This document shows, one piece after another, positions 12,980-24,523 of a stretch of 64,000 nucleotides of DNA (position 1 is its first letter; the number at the start of each line of letters is the position of its first letter). Position numbers and translations under genes: made by a program. This stretch comes from Octopus vulgaris (taxonomy: Eukaryota): assembly GCA_951406725.2 (NCBI GenBank), contig OX597821.1, positions 12,214,001 through 12,278,000 of the forward strand, read 5' to 3'. Below the pieces are notes generated by a model. It had not been told where the DNA came from. It did not search any database and worked only from the letters and a program-made list of their open reading frames with translations.

Positions 12980-13166
12980 AACACACACACATACTTGTAT
13001 ACATATGTATGTATACGACAGGCTTCTTTCAGTTTCCGTATACCAAATTTGCTCACAGTGCTTTGGTTGGCTCGAAGCTATAGTAAAAGATATTTGTTCA
13101 AAGTGCTGTTCAGTGGGACTGAACCCGGAAACATGTAGCTTCCTTCCCCAGAGATACACCTGCGCC
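12761..13166 (-). mobile_element. SINE family A: minus-strand copy with internal deletion (12822-13166) plus a separate plus-strand head fragment (12761-12818)
   Basis: ggcgcaggagtggctgtgtggtaa head at 12761. Reverse-complement body matches the full copy at 51110-51510. Confidence 0.8.
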
Positions 13167-14537
13167 AATGACTAAAATATTTCTCATCAAAGGAATTTAA
13201 GATATAATTATTCGAAGAAGGGAACCACAAATAAGGCAGTCGCCGTGTGATAAATATATCGAATCAACAAAATGAAAAATATATACACATCAGAGTGACA
13301 GGGCACTGGTACAAAGTGAGTTCACAAGACCTAGTTTTCGCCATTGACGAATTTACCGGAATTATCAAAGAAATGAGCTTTGGTGAAGCAGAACGAGATA
13401 GGTCTACAGAATGACGAGGTGCTTTTTTATTGGAGAGAAAAAGTCGATTCCCAGCCACGCAGCTGGATGTGTGAAGACACATCTTTATTCTAATTTTCAA
13501 TTTCCTACTTACTGCAGTCGATAAGAACATGAAAAGATATTTTTTTTAGGAATTCTTTAATCACAAAGTGCTTATGGGAAGCTATAAATTGGATTTCTTT
13601 TCTAAAAATTTCTGCGTATTTTGTATTTTGCTTTGTTATTTATATTACAACATTGACAAAGTACGAACACGATGTAAATAGTCGAGTGAGAGAGATGAGA
13701 TAGTGGTCTCGAGAGTGCGGGCAAAAAGGACAAAGAAAGAGAGAACAAACTAAAGATCTAGTCATGTATCACCTAAAAGTTAAATTTCTGTTTAAAGTTA
13801 TATATTTGTGCGAACAGTTCAAACAAACATCCTGGATAGCAAAAATATATGCATACAGCACTATTAAGGCTACACATTCGTATGTTAAACTGTCATCTTC
13901 AATATTATACTAGAATTAATTAATAGATGGTAACGGACATGTATGCTACTTATATTAAATTGAACCTATAATTAATAATAATAAGACTTGAGACAGTAGT
14001 TGCATTAGGATCCAGAACGACATGCAGGAAGAAAATATATTGATAGAGCAGATCGCAACAGAATCGAGTCTACGAGATGCATGAACAGTTGCACAGCGTT
14101 TTTCGTTTCACATTTTGGTAAAATATGATTAATAGAGCAGAGGAAGCATTCTAAGTGTGATTGATCACAATCTCTAAAAGTTTGAAATTACGAAACTGTA
14201 AGCAAACTAATGTGAAATTTGAAATGTATATAAGTTGAAACAAATTATTGGCTTTGTATTTTGCTTTGTTATTAGAATTATTGGCTGTTTTTTTTTTTTT
14301 AAATTGTTTATGTTGCATTATATTGTATTACGTTCATAGAATACTATGTTATATTATAATATAAAGGAATTTTGGATAGTCAATTGTATCTCTATTGAAT
14401 TTATTGTTTGTAATTTGAATTATACACATATTCATGTGGTATTCAACTGACGAACCAGTGAATTGGGTGTTTTTTACACTCCTTTGAAGAAACTTGTTTC
14501 CTTAGTTTCTTATTATACATACATACATACATACATG

Positions 14538-14578
<41 letters not shown>

Positions 14579-14760
14579 GCTTTTACTCTTTTATTAGTTT
14601 CACTCATTTGACTGTGGCCATACTGGAGCAGCGCCTTTAGTCGAGCAAATCGACCCCAGGTCTTATTCTTTGTAAGCCTTATTGTATCGGTCACTTTTGC
14701 AGAACCGCTATTTTATGGGGACAGAAACACAAACATATAACGCACATAAATACACACAGA
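14579..14760 (-). mobile_element. SINE family A 3' half
   Basis: Reverse complement matches ...gggtcgatttgctcgactaaaggcgctgctccagtatggccacagtcaaatgagtgaaac... of the 51110 copy. Confidence 0.85.
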
Positions 14761-14771
14761 CAAATACACAA

Positions 14772-14824
<53 letters not shown>

Positions 14825-14825
<1 letters not shown>

Positions 14826-15128
14826 CCGCAATGGCCCAGTGGTTAGGGCAGCGGACTCGCGGTCGTAGGATCGCGGTTTCGATTACCAGACGGGGCGTTG
14901 TGAGTGTTTACTGAGCGAAAACTCTTCAAGTTCCACGAGGCTCCTGCAGGAAGTGGTGACGATCCTTGCTGTACTCTTTCAGCACAACTTTCTCTCACTC
15001 TTTCTTCTGTTGGCCTGCTCGCTTAGCCAGCGGGGTGGCGTCATTTGAAGGCTAAAACAATGCGAAGCGCTTTGTGACCAGCGATGTGTAGCTACATCTG
15101 ATAACCCGGTCGGTGACGGTGACGGTGA
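14825..15128 (+). mobile_element. tRNA-derived SINE family C, variant tail ending (CGGTGA)3
   Basis: A-box TGGCCCAGTGG, B-box-like GTTTCGATTACC. Head and body shared with 50491 and 36046, but the 3' segment differs. Confidence 0.85.
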
Positions 15129-15152
15129 TATATATATATGTATATATGTATG

Positions 15153-15216
<64 letters not shown>

Positions 15217-15379
15217 TACGATGGGCTTCTTTCAGTGTCCGTCTACCAAATCCACTCACAAGGCTTTGATCGGCCCGAGGCTATAGTAGAAGACACTTGC
15301 CCAAGGTGCCACGCAGTGGGATTGAACCCGGAACCATGTGGTTCGTAAGCAAGCTACTTACCACACAGACACTCCTACG

Positions 15380-15381
<2 letters not shown>
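15217..15381 (-). mobile_element. SINE family A 5' half (tRNA head)
   Basis: Reverse complement ggcgtaggagtgtctgtgtggtaagtagcttgcttacgaaccacatggttccgggttcaatcccactgcg. Confidence 0.9.
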
Positions 15382-15435
<54 letters not shown>

Positions 15436-15438
<3 letters not shown>

Positions 15439-15730
15439 AATATAAGAGAGCAACCACTATGTGGTCTACTGTAGTGCTAAAAATAGATCCGCTATGGAAT
15501 AGCCACTAAAAAATTGTCTCCGAGTAGAAATACCACAACATTCAACTTTAGTGGCTATTCCATAGCGGATCTATTTTTAGCACTAGAGTAGACCACATAG
15601 TGGTCGCTCTCTTATATTTATGTATAAATTTGGATTGTATCCATGGTTTTTTATGTGCTAAACCACTTGGTGTTAAATTGATGGTATTATTAAATTAATA
15701 TAAAATTGTTCACCCTCATTTATGAATTAT
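15436..15730. mobile_element. Penelope-like fold-back insertion in (TA)n: 75-bp inverted arms, 36-bp spacer, unique tail
   Basis: 15436-15510 is the near-perfect reverse complement of 15547-15621 (two mismatches seen). TA runs flank both sides. The Penelope assignment rests on architecture only. Confidence 0.6.
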
Positions 15731-15759
15731 ATATATATATATATATATATACATACACT

Positions 15760-16790
15760 TACTGACTGTACAAAACTCAAGAGAGATTTATGCGGGGAGA
15801 GCTTTTCCTACACCTGAGACGGTATCACATATCCACAGAAGCAGCCTTTACTGGAACCACCGATGTATCACTCAAATATGAGTTATAAAGTCACCCAACA
15901 TGCTTCATTCTATGACCTTAAGCTTCCTTCTCTGTCTCTTTGTCTTTTCAATGGCACTGTAATGAGCATTTAGCTTTCTAACTGACTGGTTCCGCACAAC
16001 CTTCAGTGAATCAATCATCTCTTCATCCAAAGTGACCGCGGAAACCACTCTTACCGTAACCAGGCGGTCTTTACTCTTATACTAGCTAGAAAGGCGGCGA
16101 GCTGGCAGAAACGTTAGCACGCCGGGCGAAATGCTTAGCGGTATTTCGTCTGCGTTACGTTGTGAGTTCAAATTCCGCCGAGGTCGACTTTGCCTTTCAT
16201 CCTTTCGGGGTCGATAAAAATTAAGTACCAGTTACGCATTGGGGTCGATGTAATCGACTTAATACCTATGTCTGTCCTTGTTTGTCCCCTCTGTGTTTAG
16301 CCCCTTGTGGGTAATAAAGAAATAGGTATTTAGTCTGTCGTTACGTTCTGAGTTCAAATTCCGCCGAGGTCGACTTTGCCTTTCATCCTTTCGGGGTCGA
16401 TAAATTATGGACCAGTTACGCACTGGGGTCGATGTAATCGACCTAATCCGTTCGTCTGTCCTTGTTTGTCCCCTCTATGTTTAGCCCCTTGTGGGTAGTA
16501 AAGAAATATTTACTCCTATACTAGCTACCCTAAACGTTTAATAAAGTACTCCACCTTCTGGGCTCTTTAGATAGAGAATTCATCCACACATTGACGTTTT
16601 TTTCTTTTTGACGTTGCCATGGGCCAATATCACGAATTTGATCATCCTGAAGGCGTCTAGCTGCTTACAATAATTTTATACCTGCCGCGGAGAACAGGTC
16701 TGCGCCAGAGGCATGTTGACAACTAAGCCAGTAATCAGAGGTCGTCTTTTCATTCCTACGTAGGATAGGTATCTGGCGTGCTTATACTGC
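15760..16790 (-). mobile_element. Possible very old L1/Tx1-type LINE ORF2 linker fragment, interrupted by the SINE at 16089-16508
   Basis: Weak minus-strand similarity of GVGKALPA*ISLEFC to the GKSPG.DG...EFY motif. Tentative. Confidence 0.3.
16089..16508 (+). mobile_element. tRNA-derived SINE family B with internal tandem duplication of body and tail, and a 19-bp target-site duplication
   Basis: Head ggcggcgagctggcagaaacgttagc...gagttcaaattcc. Core gcctttcatcctttcggggtcgataa occurs twice. TSD tttactc(t/c)tatactagcta at 16070-16088 and 16509-16527. Confidence 0.92.
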
Positions 16791-17350
16791 CGATACATTT
16801 GAAATAGAAATGAAGTTAGAATTTGGCGTTAACTTGTAATTTTACGCTAGGTCGTAAGGTAAATTTTGTTCACAAATACCCTTTGCAGACTTCAATCGAG
16901 CGCATACATTCACATCTATACATATACACATACACGTATATTTATATGAGTGTACATACGAGTGTACAACATACACAAACACATACATACATACATACTT
17001 TATATATATACATATATACACTCGCAATAATGTAATAGCGTACAGTTATATAAGTAACTCTATGATGTGATGTTCTGTTTTTATATATATTACTCTGAAT
17101 GCCTACTTGTCAGTATTTCCATGCATCTGTTCCAACTTATGTCAGATCTACAATTCTTGAAGATTCTTCATTAAATACATAATTCACTTGGGATTGACAA
17201 GTCTTGAAAGATAATCATGAGTGTAACTATATGTATGTATATACACACACACACACACATATATTTATATATGCGCATTTAAGTGTGTATGTATGTCTAT
17301 TATATATACGGACATATATACATATATATGTACACATGGATACATATATA

Positions 17351-17382
<32 letters not shown>

Positions 17383-17579
17383 GTTATATTTATATATCTG
17401 CATTACATAACTATGTTTGTGTATATGCATGGTCGTGCGTGTTTCTATGTGTATTTGCCAGATAAGCGGGGAAGCAATGCAAATCATTTTCTTGAACTGC
17501 TATTATAGGAGTGAACCGATGTGAGATACAAGTGGTTTTAAAAATTGACATATTCTGTTGAATCAATTATAACACTAGA

Positions 17580-17749
17580 CATAGCCATTTACATTTGGAC
17601 AGGCTTTCCGCCCAATGGAGACATGTGGTGAGGATTTGCAGGCGAAACATCAGATTTTAATTCCTTTTCCGCCTTGACATTTAACTGTCATAAAGAGATT
17701 AGGAAATCTCAGGTTGTAGATTTGCTGTTGTTGTTCTTGTCGCCGGTAT

Positions 17750-17820
<71 letters not shown>

Positions 17821-17849
17821 CACATATATACATATATATATATACATAT

Positions 17850-17882
<33 letters not shown>

Positions 17883-17946
17883 TACATATATATACACATA
17901 TATACATATACATATATATATACACATATATATAAACACGCACACT

Positions 17947-17983
<37 letters not shown>

Positions 17984-17986
17984 TTG

Positions 17987-18017
<31 letters not shown>

Positions 18018-18310
18018 ATGTGGTTATGTATGTATAAACATAAGTGTATATATGTTGCGTACCGCTGTTTATTTCAGGTTTATTTTTATTTGATATTTAA
18101 GTTTTGGATAATGTTTTTGAGGATGTTGCTGCTCAGCATAGTGAGGTTTCTGTCGTCGTTTCTTACAAAGCTGGCAATAAACGTATTGGGGTAAATTATT
18201 AGTTTCGTTATGATTGCTATTAATACACATCTTATAAATGATATTCGTCTTTTTACGTTTGATTTTTCCATGTCTGGAGAGCATCTGCCATCCATCACCT
18301 TACAAATGTC
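17580..18310 (-). mobile_element. Degenerate Penelope-like GIY-YIG endonuclease region, split by a (TA)n/(CA)n expansion
   Basis: Minus-strand pieces MDGRCSP, KTNIIYKMCINSN, NTGDK and QILTTCLH resemble the PLE motifs CPLDG.CL..NIIYK, YN.G.K and E..S.C.H. Frameshifted. Confidence 0.4.
17752..18030. repeat. Compound (TA)n/(CA)n/(GT)n microsatellite
   Basis: Read directly from sequence. Confidence 0.95.
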
Positions 18311-19860
18311 TTTCTAGAGGGATGAAGCAACAAGTCACTTGTTCTCGAACCGAAGCCCGAGCCTGATGGCTTCCAACAATGTGAACTCAGCTGAAAGCAC
18401 CCTTAATATCAAGTAGCGTTGTTAAGCCGCCGAGAGATGGATTAATATTTCCACACAAGTTACCCAGTTCCAAATTTGGAAAAAGGAGGCAGAATGCGAG
18501 GCAGTTCTCGCAGTTTTGCCACTCAATCTCAATTGTGAATCGGTAAAACCTTCTTTTTTTTCTATTACTGACCAGGAGAACGCCAACTTGGACCTCGGTG
18601 GTATTTTAACTCTTTGCGGAAGAGATAGGGAAATGCTACAACAGAGTTAAGCGACTCTGCTAAACGTTGTTGAGTTTGTTCCTATAGCTGATTATTTTTA
18701 TCTCTGTTTAAACGTCTGCTTCGTCTAACTGATCAATTCCGTTTCATGTGTTACAAAGCAAAATATCACCATTGCTATTCTTTTCTTGGGATCAAAATAT
18801 TCTGATCAAATGGCTAAACAAAAATTAAGCCAATCGTATTGCTTAACAATCCTAAGAGACATTGCACTACATAATTCAGATATATAAATGTATTATAATG
18901 ATATGTAAAACTCAATCAAATATGAATACGGAATAGTTTATAATATCCTTTAATATATATTTGTGTCTGATAAACTAGTAGGAAAGTATAATATTCATTC
19001 ATTGCCGATCCTTAACATTTAGTACTGTCAGCAGTAGATTTTCTATAACATCCACTATATAATAATAAGACAGCAGCTTTTTCGAAAAGTTTTACAAGAT
19101 GAGAAAATTAAATATGAGGGATATTTGCTAATGCTTTCTGAATTCTTCATTGGAATGAACCTGCAAATGTTTTCAGCCACTAGATGTACGAGCGAATTCT
19201 CTCTCAAGCTAAACTCGTTATTGGACAACGTAGCGCGGGCCACGCTGTTGAGGGAACAAGACTAGGCAGTGGCTATTTGAACACCGTTGATCATAGTCCT
19301 GCTAAGTAAAATTGCTAAATTAAAACAAAAAACAACAAAAGGAAACTAAACTTATTATCAAACTAAAGATTTTACAGGTTTTATAGCCTTCCTCATACAA
19401 TAAGACAATGCGTCTTAAAAAACTGGTTCCGACTTTAGGGATGCTTCATTAAAATGTGATAACTTACCATATTTTTTAAAACGGCGAGATGAGCGGTTTC
19501 TGATATAGATGAAAGCGAAATCTGAAGGTGAATGCTGAATATCACTCAAGAGACTTATTTATTATAATCTGATAACAGAATACCGATAACAGAATCGTTA
19601 ATATTCTCACGAAAGAAGCGAGAATACTACATGGTGTGGATCAGATGTTTTCAAAACTAAACTGGGTCACCTGCGATCAAGTCCCAGATGGGCCAAGTTC
19701 ACGGTAGGAACTACTTCATTCATCAATTGCCAACTCTTGAAGAAGTTAAAGAAGGATTAATGATGAAGGTGCAGCAACACCAGTTTGCAATGCCCCAGCA
19801 TGGCCACTGCACTTGAGCTGAAATTAATGAAAAAATTATATACGTGTATATATATATATA

Positions 19861-19984
19861 TACTCAAAATAATCAACAAGAATATCTTCAGTAATTTGGT
19901 ACGATCGTTTCAAATCACCCCACGGAATTATATGGATAACACCGTACAAAATTCTGGTGCATCTGACTTAAGTACCATATTCAT

Positions 19985-19990
<6 letters not shown>
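19861..19990. mobile_element. Short Penelope-like pLTR copy with 5' inversion, inserted in (TA)n; same family as 53471-53600
   Basis: 19913-19990 matches 53524-53600 directly. The reverse complement of 19861-19911 (tgaaacgatcgtacca...) matches 53471-53520. Confidence 0.75.
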
Positions 19991-20040
<50 letters not shown>

Positions 20041-20235
20041 TGTTTGTTTATTCCTTATACAGCGTTTCACCACCTCCTCTACCTAAACCTTAGAAATTTC
20101 ATGACGTCTGATGTGACTTTTTAAGCCAGACGATGTTTTGAAAAGACACCCGCATAGATTATATTTCCGATTTGAACCACTTAGAGCTGCAGACAATATC
20201 TGATTTTTGTGGATCTGAAAATGACTTCTGAGGCC

Positions 20236-20440
20236 TCCGTTATATTTTCAAGCATTCTGTCATACATCGCATTGAAATGTCTGTATGCATATATCCGAGT
20301 TTGCATGATTGCTTATAAAAAAATCTATAAATGAAATCCGTTATATTTTCAAGCATTCTGTCATACATCGCATTGAAATGTCTGTATGCATATATCCGAG
20401 TTTGCATGATTGCTTATAAAGAAATCTATAAATGAAATCC
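20236..20440. repeat. Tandem duplication, 101-bp unit x2
   Basis: 20236-20336 and 20337-20437 differ at one base seen. TCC microhomology at the junctions. Confidence 0.95.
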
Positions 20441-23009
20441 CAACCCAGTCTGATTTTCACGTTTTATTACCTACAATTTTACATTATTATCATAACAGAA
20501 TATTAAATGTTCATTGTAATAAGCCTAGTGATTCCGTGAGTTAACGCAGTCATCAAGTTTGTGTTGTAGTAGTGACAGTCGTGTACCACAATCAACAATA
20601 TGACTCTCTATTGGTTTCTACTTAGGATCTGAGGCCCGCATTCTTTTTCAAGAGAAGGTATTAGTTGATAGCATTGATACAGTAGTATTCGATTGCTATT
20701 CAAAATTCATAAATTTTCTAAGGAAGAGATGACACACATGACCTCCGAGTGATTTGTACGTAGATCGTAAAGAAGCAAAACATTTCTTCGTCAGGTGACT
20801 CACAAAGGAATCTACCAATCTATCATACTCCTTTTTATTTTTTCATCAATAAGATAAATCACTGTTTGTCTCTATGCAGTGCTTCATATCTTATCCAGGG
20901 GTTGGACAAGTTCAAAAACCTAAAACTATCTTAATGGCATTAAACATAGCAATTTGTTCGCCATAAATTTACTGATCACCAGTAAATGTAAAGGCTACCA
21001 TAGTTGACTTGTTTTATCTCGCTTGTTCTCATTGCTATTACGATTTTTCTGTCTTTGCAACAGCAGAAATAACAACAGTACCAAAAATATCATCTGTTCT
21101 TATCAATATCTTTGTTTTTACTTGTTCCCCGTTTCATTACTTATTGCAAACTGTGCTAACGTTTGTTTTGTTGTCGTCATTATTATATGTATTCATTTAT
21201 AATCTTTGTTACATAGCTTCATTAGCGTTGCTCTTAAATAGCTTCCACTTGGGATGGAACCATGTTCTGTAATTAAATTCTGTAACAAGTACTCCATTAT
21301 TGCCGACTAACGCTACAATACTCCCATGTTAATCAAATATAGTAATCTCAAAAAGTAATCTATAGCCACATTTACCTACTCAAATTCACATACATGCACA
21401 TTTTTATATATATATAGAAAACACACGCATGAACACACACCTGTCAGTAAATAATTGTGATAAGATAAATGGTATGAATGTAAGAATATGTGCATGCATC
21501 TCTTTATGTATTTGTGTAAGTACATAAACAATTGCTTGCATAGAAAGTGAGAAAGAGAGTCAGAGAGAGAGGAATATAGAGAGAGTCAATTAAGATGAAG
21601 TAAGAGAATTATTGCGCTGCAGAAAGATAACGACAAACAGATCAGCTTGTCTTTGTGTCTTTGAATATTTGTTCTTAAAGTAGTTACTTATTAAATGGAA
21701 ATCTATATAGACGACTTGGAATAGCGGTTTCTATTCCCACTGGGAAAGATTTCATTTAAGTTATTTAGGAAATTATTAATGTGATAACACCTGTAAATCT
21801 TCTGGTTTTTATGCGTAAGTATGCAATAATAATGTACCATTAAACGTTGCCAAATTCTGACAGTTAGTTCTAAATCTATAGCACTATCATACACAAAGTA
21901 TATAGATTACAGCTATTGTTAGTCGAGTCAGACTAATGTCGATTCGTTGTTGTTAAGTTTTGTTACAACTCTAATCGAGAAAATCTATGCTGAGAGTAAT
22001 TACATTTAAGGCGTCTTTTTGTTCTCACATTTATTACACCAAGAACTATATCCTTCTATGTGTTCTATTTAGCTGAGAGTTTAGGGAGACGTATGAAGGC
22101 TATTAAGCTGCAACGTCTTATCAAGTCAAGGGATAAAGTGCTGGATCATAAATTATTCGATTCTGAAATAAAGTAACCATAGCTACGATGCAACACTCTG
22201 CTTCTATCACTCATAATTCGTCTACTGTTAGTCAGTCCGCAAAGATATTTTCACGACGTTTCTGAGAGCACTCTTCCAGCGGGGTTACGTCCGGACGACG
22301 ACAGTCTTTGGCGCATTTGCAGCTTCAGTTTCAGATGGAAGCGCATACTCTGCCTTTTACCACTCATGTTGTAACTGCGCCCGTTTGTTCTTCAAGAGAT
22401 AAAGTGTATAGGTTGTCTGTGGAATCTACTCCAGTCAAGGACGTCTTGCTATCTATGCTGTTTTTCTTGCTAGTGATTTATTTTTTGCTGATTCTAAACA
22501 TTCGTCATGGCTGTTATTATTCTCTTTACTACAATCGCTTTAGGTGTTGATACATTCATCCACATTGCTGATGTTTACTTCTGGGACAATTGCATTCGTT
22601 TTTTGTGCTACTAATGTTTCTAGCTTTGTTAGTGCCGGTAATGGCTACGAATTCTACCTTTCATATTTCTTTCTTTCATATGCCATTTCATACTGCTGCT
22701 ACTGTTGTTTCAGAGTTAATCTTGCTGTTGTTGTTATCATTATTGCTCAGAGTCAGATATAGCATTTCCCCGCCTACTATTGCATACAATTTAGTCACAT
22801 GCGATTCAGTATTGTCATGATTTAAATATCAATTTTGTTTTTCATAACAGGTGTTCTTACAGCTCAAAAATGCTACTCCCCTCCTTATCACACAAAGAAG
22901 TGGGGGTCCTTATTTAACGAAATGTCAAGAATAAAACGAAACCATGTGTTTCCAAAGAAAATAGCTAACATTCAACCAAGTACAACACCAACAATAATTG
23001 TTTCTGCTT

Positions 23010-23195
23010 TAGAAACCAAGCCTGAAATTGTGAGAAGGAAGGCTAGTCGATTAAATCGACCTTAGTGTGCAACTGGTATACGCTTTATTGACCCCAAAAG
23101 GATAGAAAGCAAAGTCGGTTCCGACGGAATTTGAATTCATATTCTAAGGTATCGAAGAAGAAATATCGCAAATTATGTTGCCAGATGCGCTCAGC
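23010..23195 (-). mobile_element. SINE family B, diverged
   Basis: gaccccaaaaggatagaaagcaaagtcgg...ggaatttgaa is the reverse complement of the family B core and B-box. Confidence 0.7.
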
Positions 23196-23198
23196 AAC

Positions 23199-23714
<516 letters not shown>

Positions 23715-23734
23715 TTAATAATAATAATAATAAA

Positions 23735-24170
23735 TTAACAAAAACGTAGAAGCTACACCCGTATCCTCAACAGATCACACTATCCAAGAAATAGCACTGC
23801 TAGGAATAGTCTACATCCTACACAGGTCACACTATCGACTCAATAATTGAGCGTAAACAAGAGAACGCACAAACACAAGACACACTCTATACAATAATTA
23901 CCCAATGAAATAAACTTCCACCAGCAAGCTATAAAAGCAACGCATTACCCACTCAACACAGAATACAAGGAGTAATAAAACAAAAGACTGCACCACACCT
24001 GATGGGTGGAAGAATATCTATAGAATATTGTGAAGAGTTTCCGCACTCCCACAAACAGAAGAAACATACAATGCTGCACGCACCACAGCAACATGAAGTG
24101 TAAGAGGTGCATCAGGAAATGCAGTGGAAATTTGCCTCACACTACATAATTTTGAACAATTATATAACAA
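23735..24170 (+). mobile_element. Dong/R4-clade LINE 3' end (end of RLE domain plus 3' UTR) between (AAT)n arrays
   Basis: HTIQEIALLGIVYILHR matches the terminal IQK.ALLGTAHILR motif. Microsatellite context is typical of Dong. Confidence 0.6.
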
Positions 24171-24244
24171 AAAAAACAACAACAACAACAATAATAATAA
24201 TAATAATAATAATAATAATTATAATAATAATAATAATAATAATA

Positions 24245-24315
<71 letters not shown>
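24170..24315. repeat. (AAC)n/(AAT)n microsatellite
   Basis: Read directly from sequence. Confidence 0.95.
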
Positions 24316-24523
24316 TTTCTACTTTAGGCGCAAGGCCCAAAATTTTCGAAGAGGGGTTAATCGTTTTAATCGACTCTAATGTTTCAGTTGTGCTTAATTC
24401 AACGACCCCGAAAGGATGAAAGGCAAAGTCGACCTCGGTGGAATTTGAACTCGGAGCGTAGACAGGCGAAATATCGGTAAGCATTATGCCCGGCGTGCTA
24501 ACTTTTCTTCAAGCTCGCCACTT
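24315..24523 (-). mobile_element. SINE family B
   Basis: cgaccccgaaaggatgaaaggcaaagtcgacctcggtggaatttgaactc...gctcgcc. Confidence 0.88.

Noticed and set aside
13264-13530. Non-repetitive 88-aa ORF and plus-strand frames
   Set aside because: No recognisable family; the plus frames are broken by stops.
14446-14470. CTGACGA followed by a cca-gtgaat-tgg stem (half hammerhead)
   Set aside because: No GAAA or NUH follows. At best a truncated remnant, so not called.
19060-19310. Short protein-like frames (e.g. MYERILSQAKLVIGQR)
   Set aside because: No domain or splice support.
20236-20440. CRISPR-like or prokaryotic array interpretation of tandem repeats here and at 62391-62756
   Set aside because: No repeat-spacer periodicity, no cas genes, and the context is clearly eukaryotic.
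22260-22460. Locally GC-richer patch with short ORFs
   Set aside because: No motif, splice pattern or repeat match visible.
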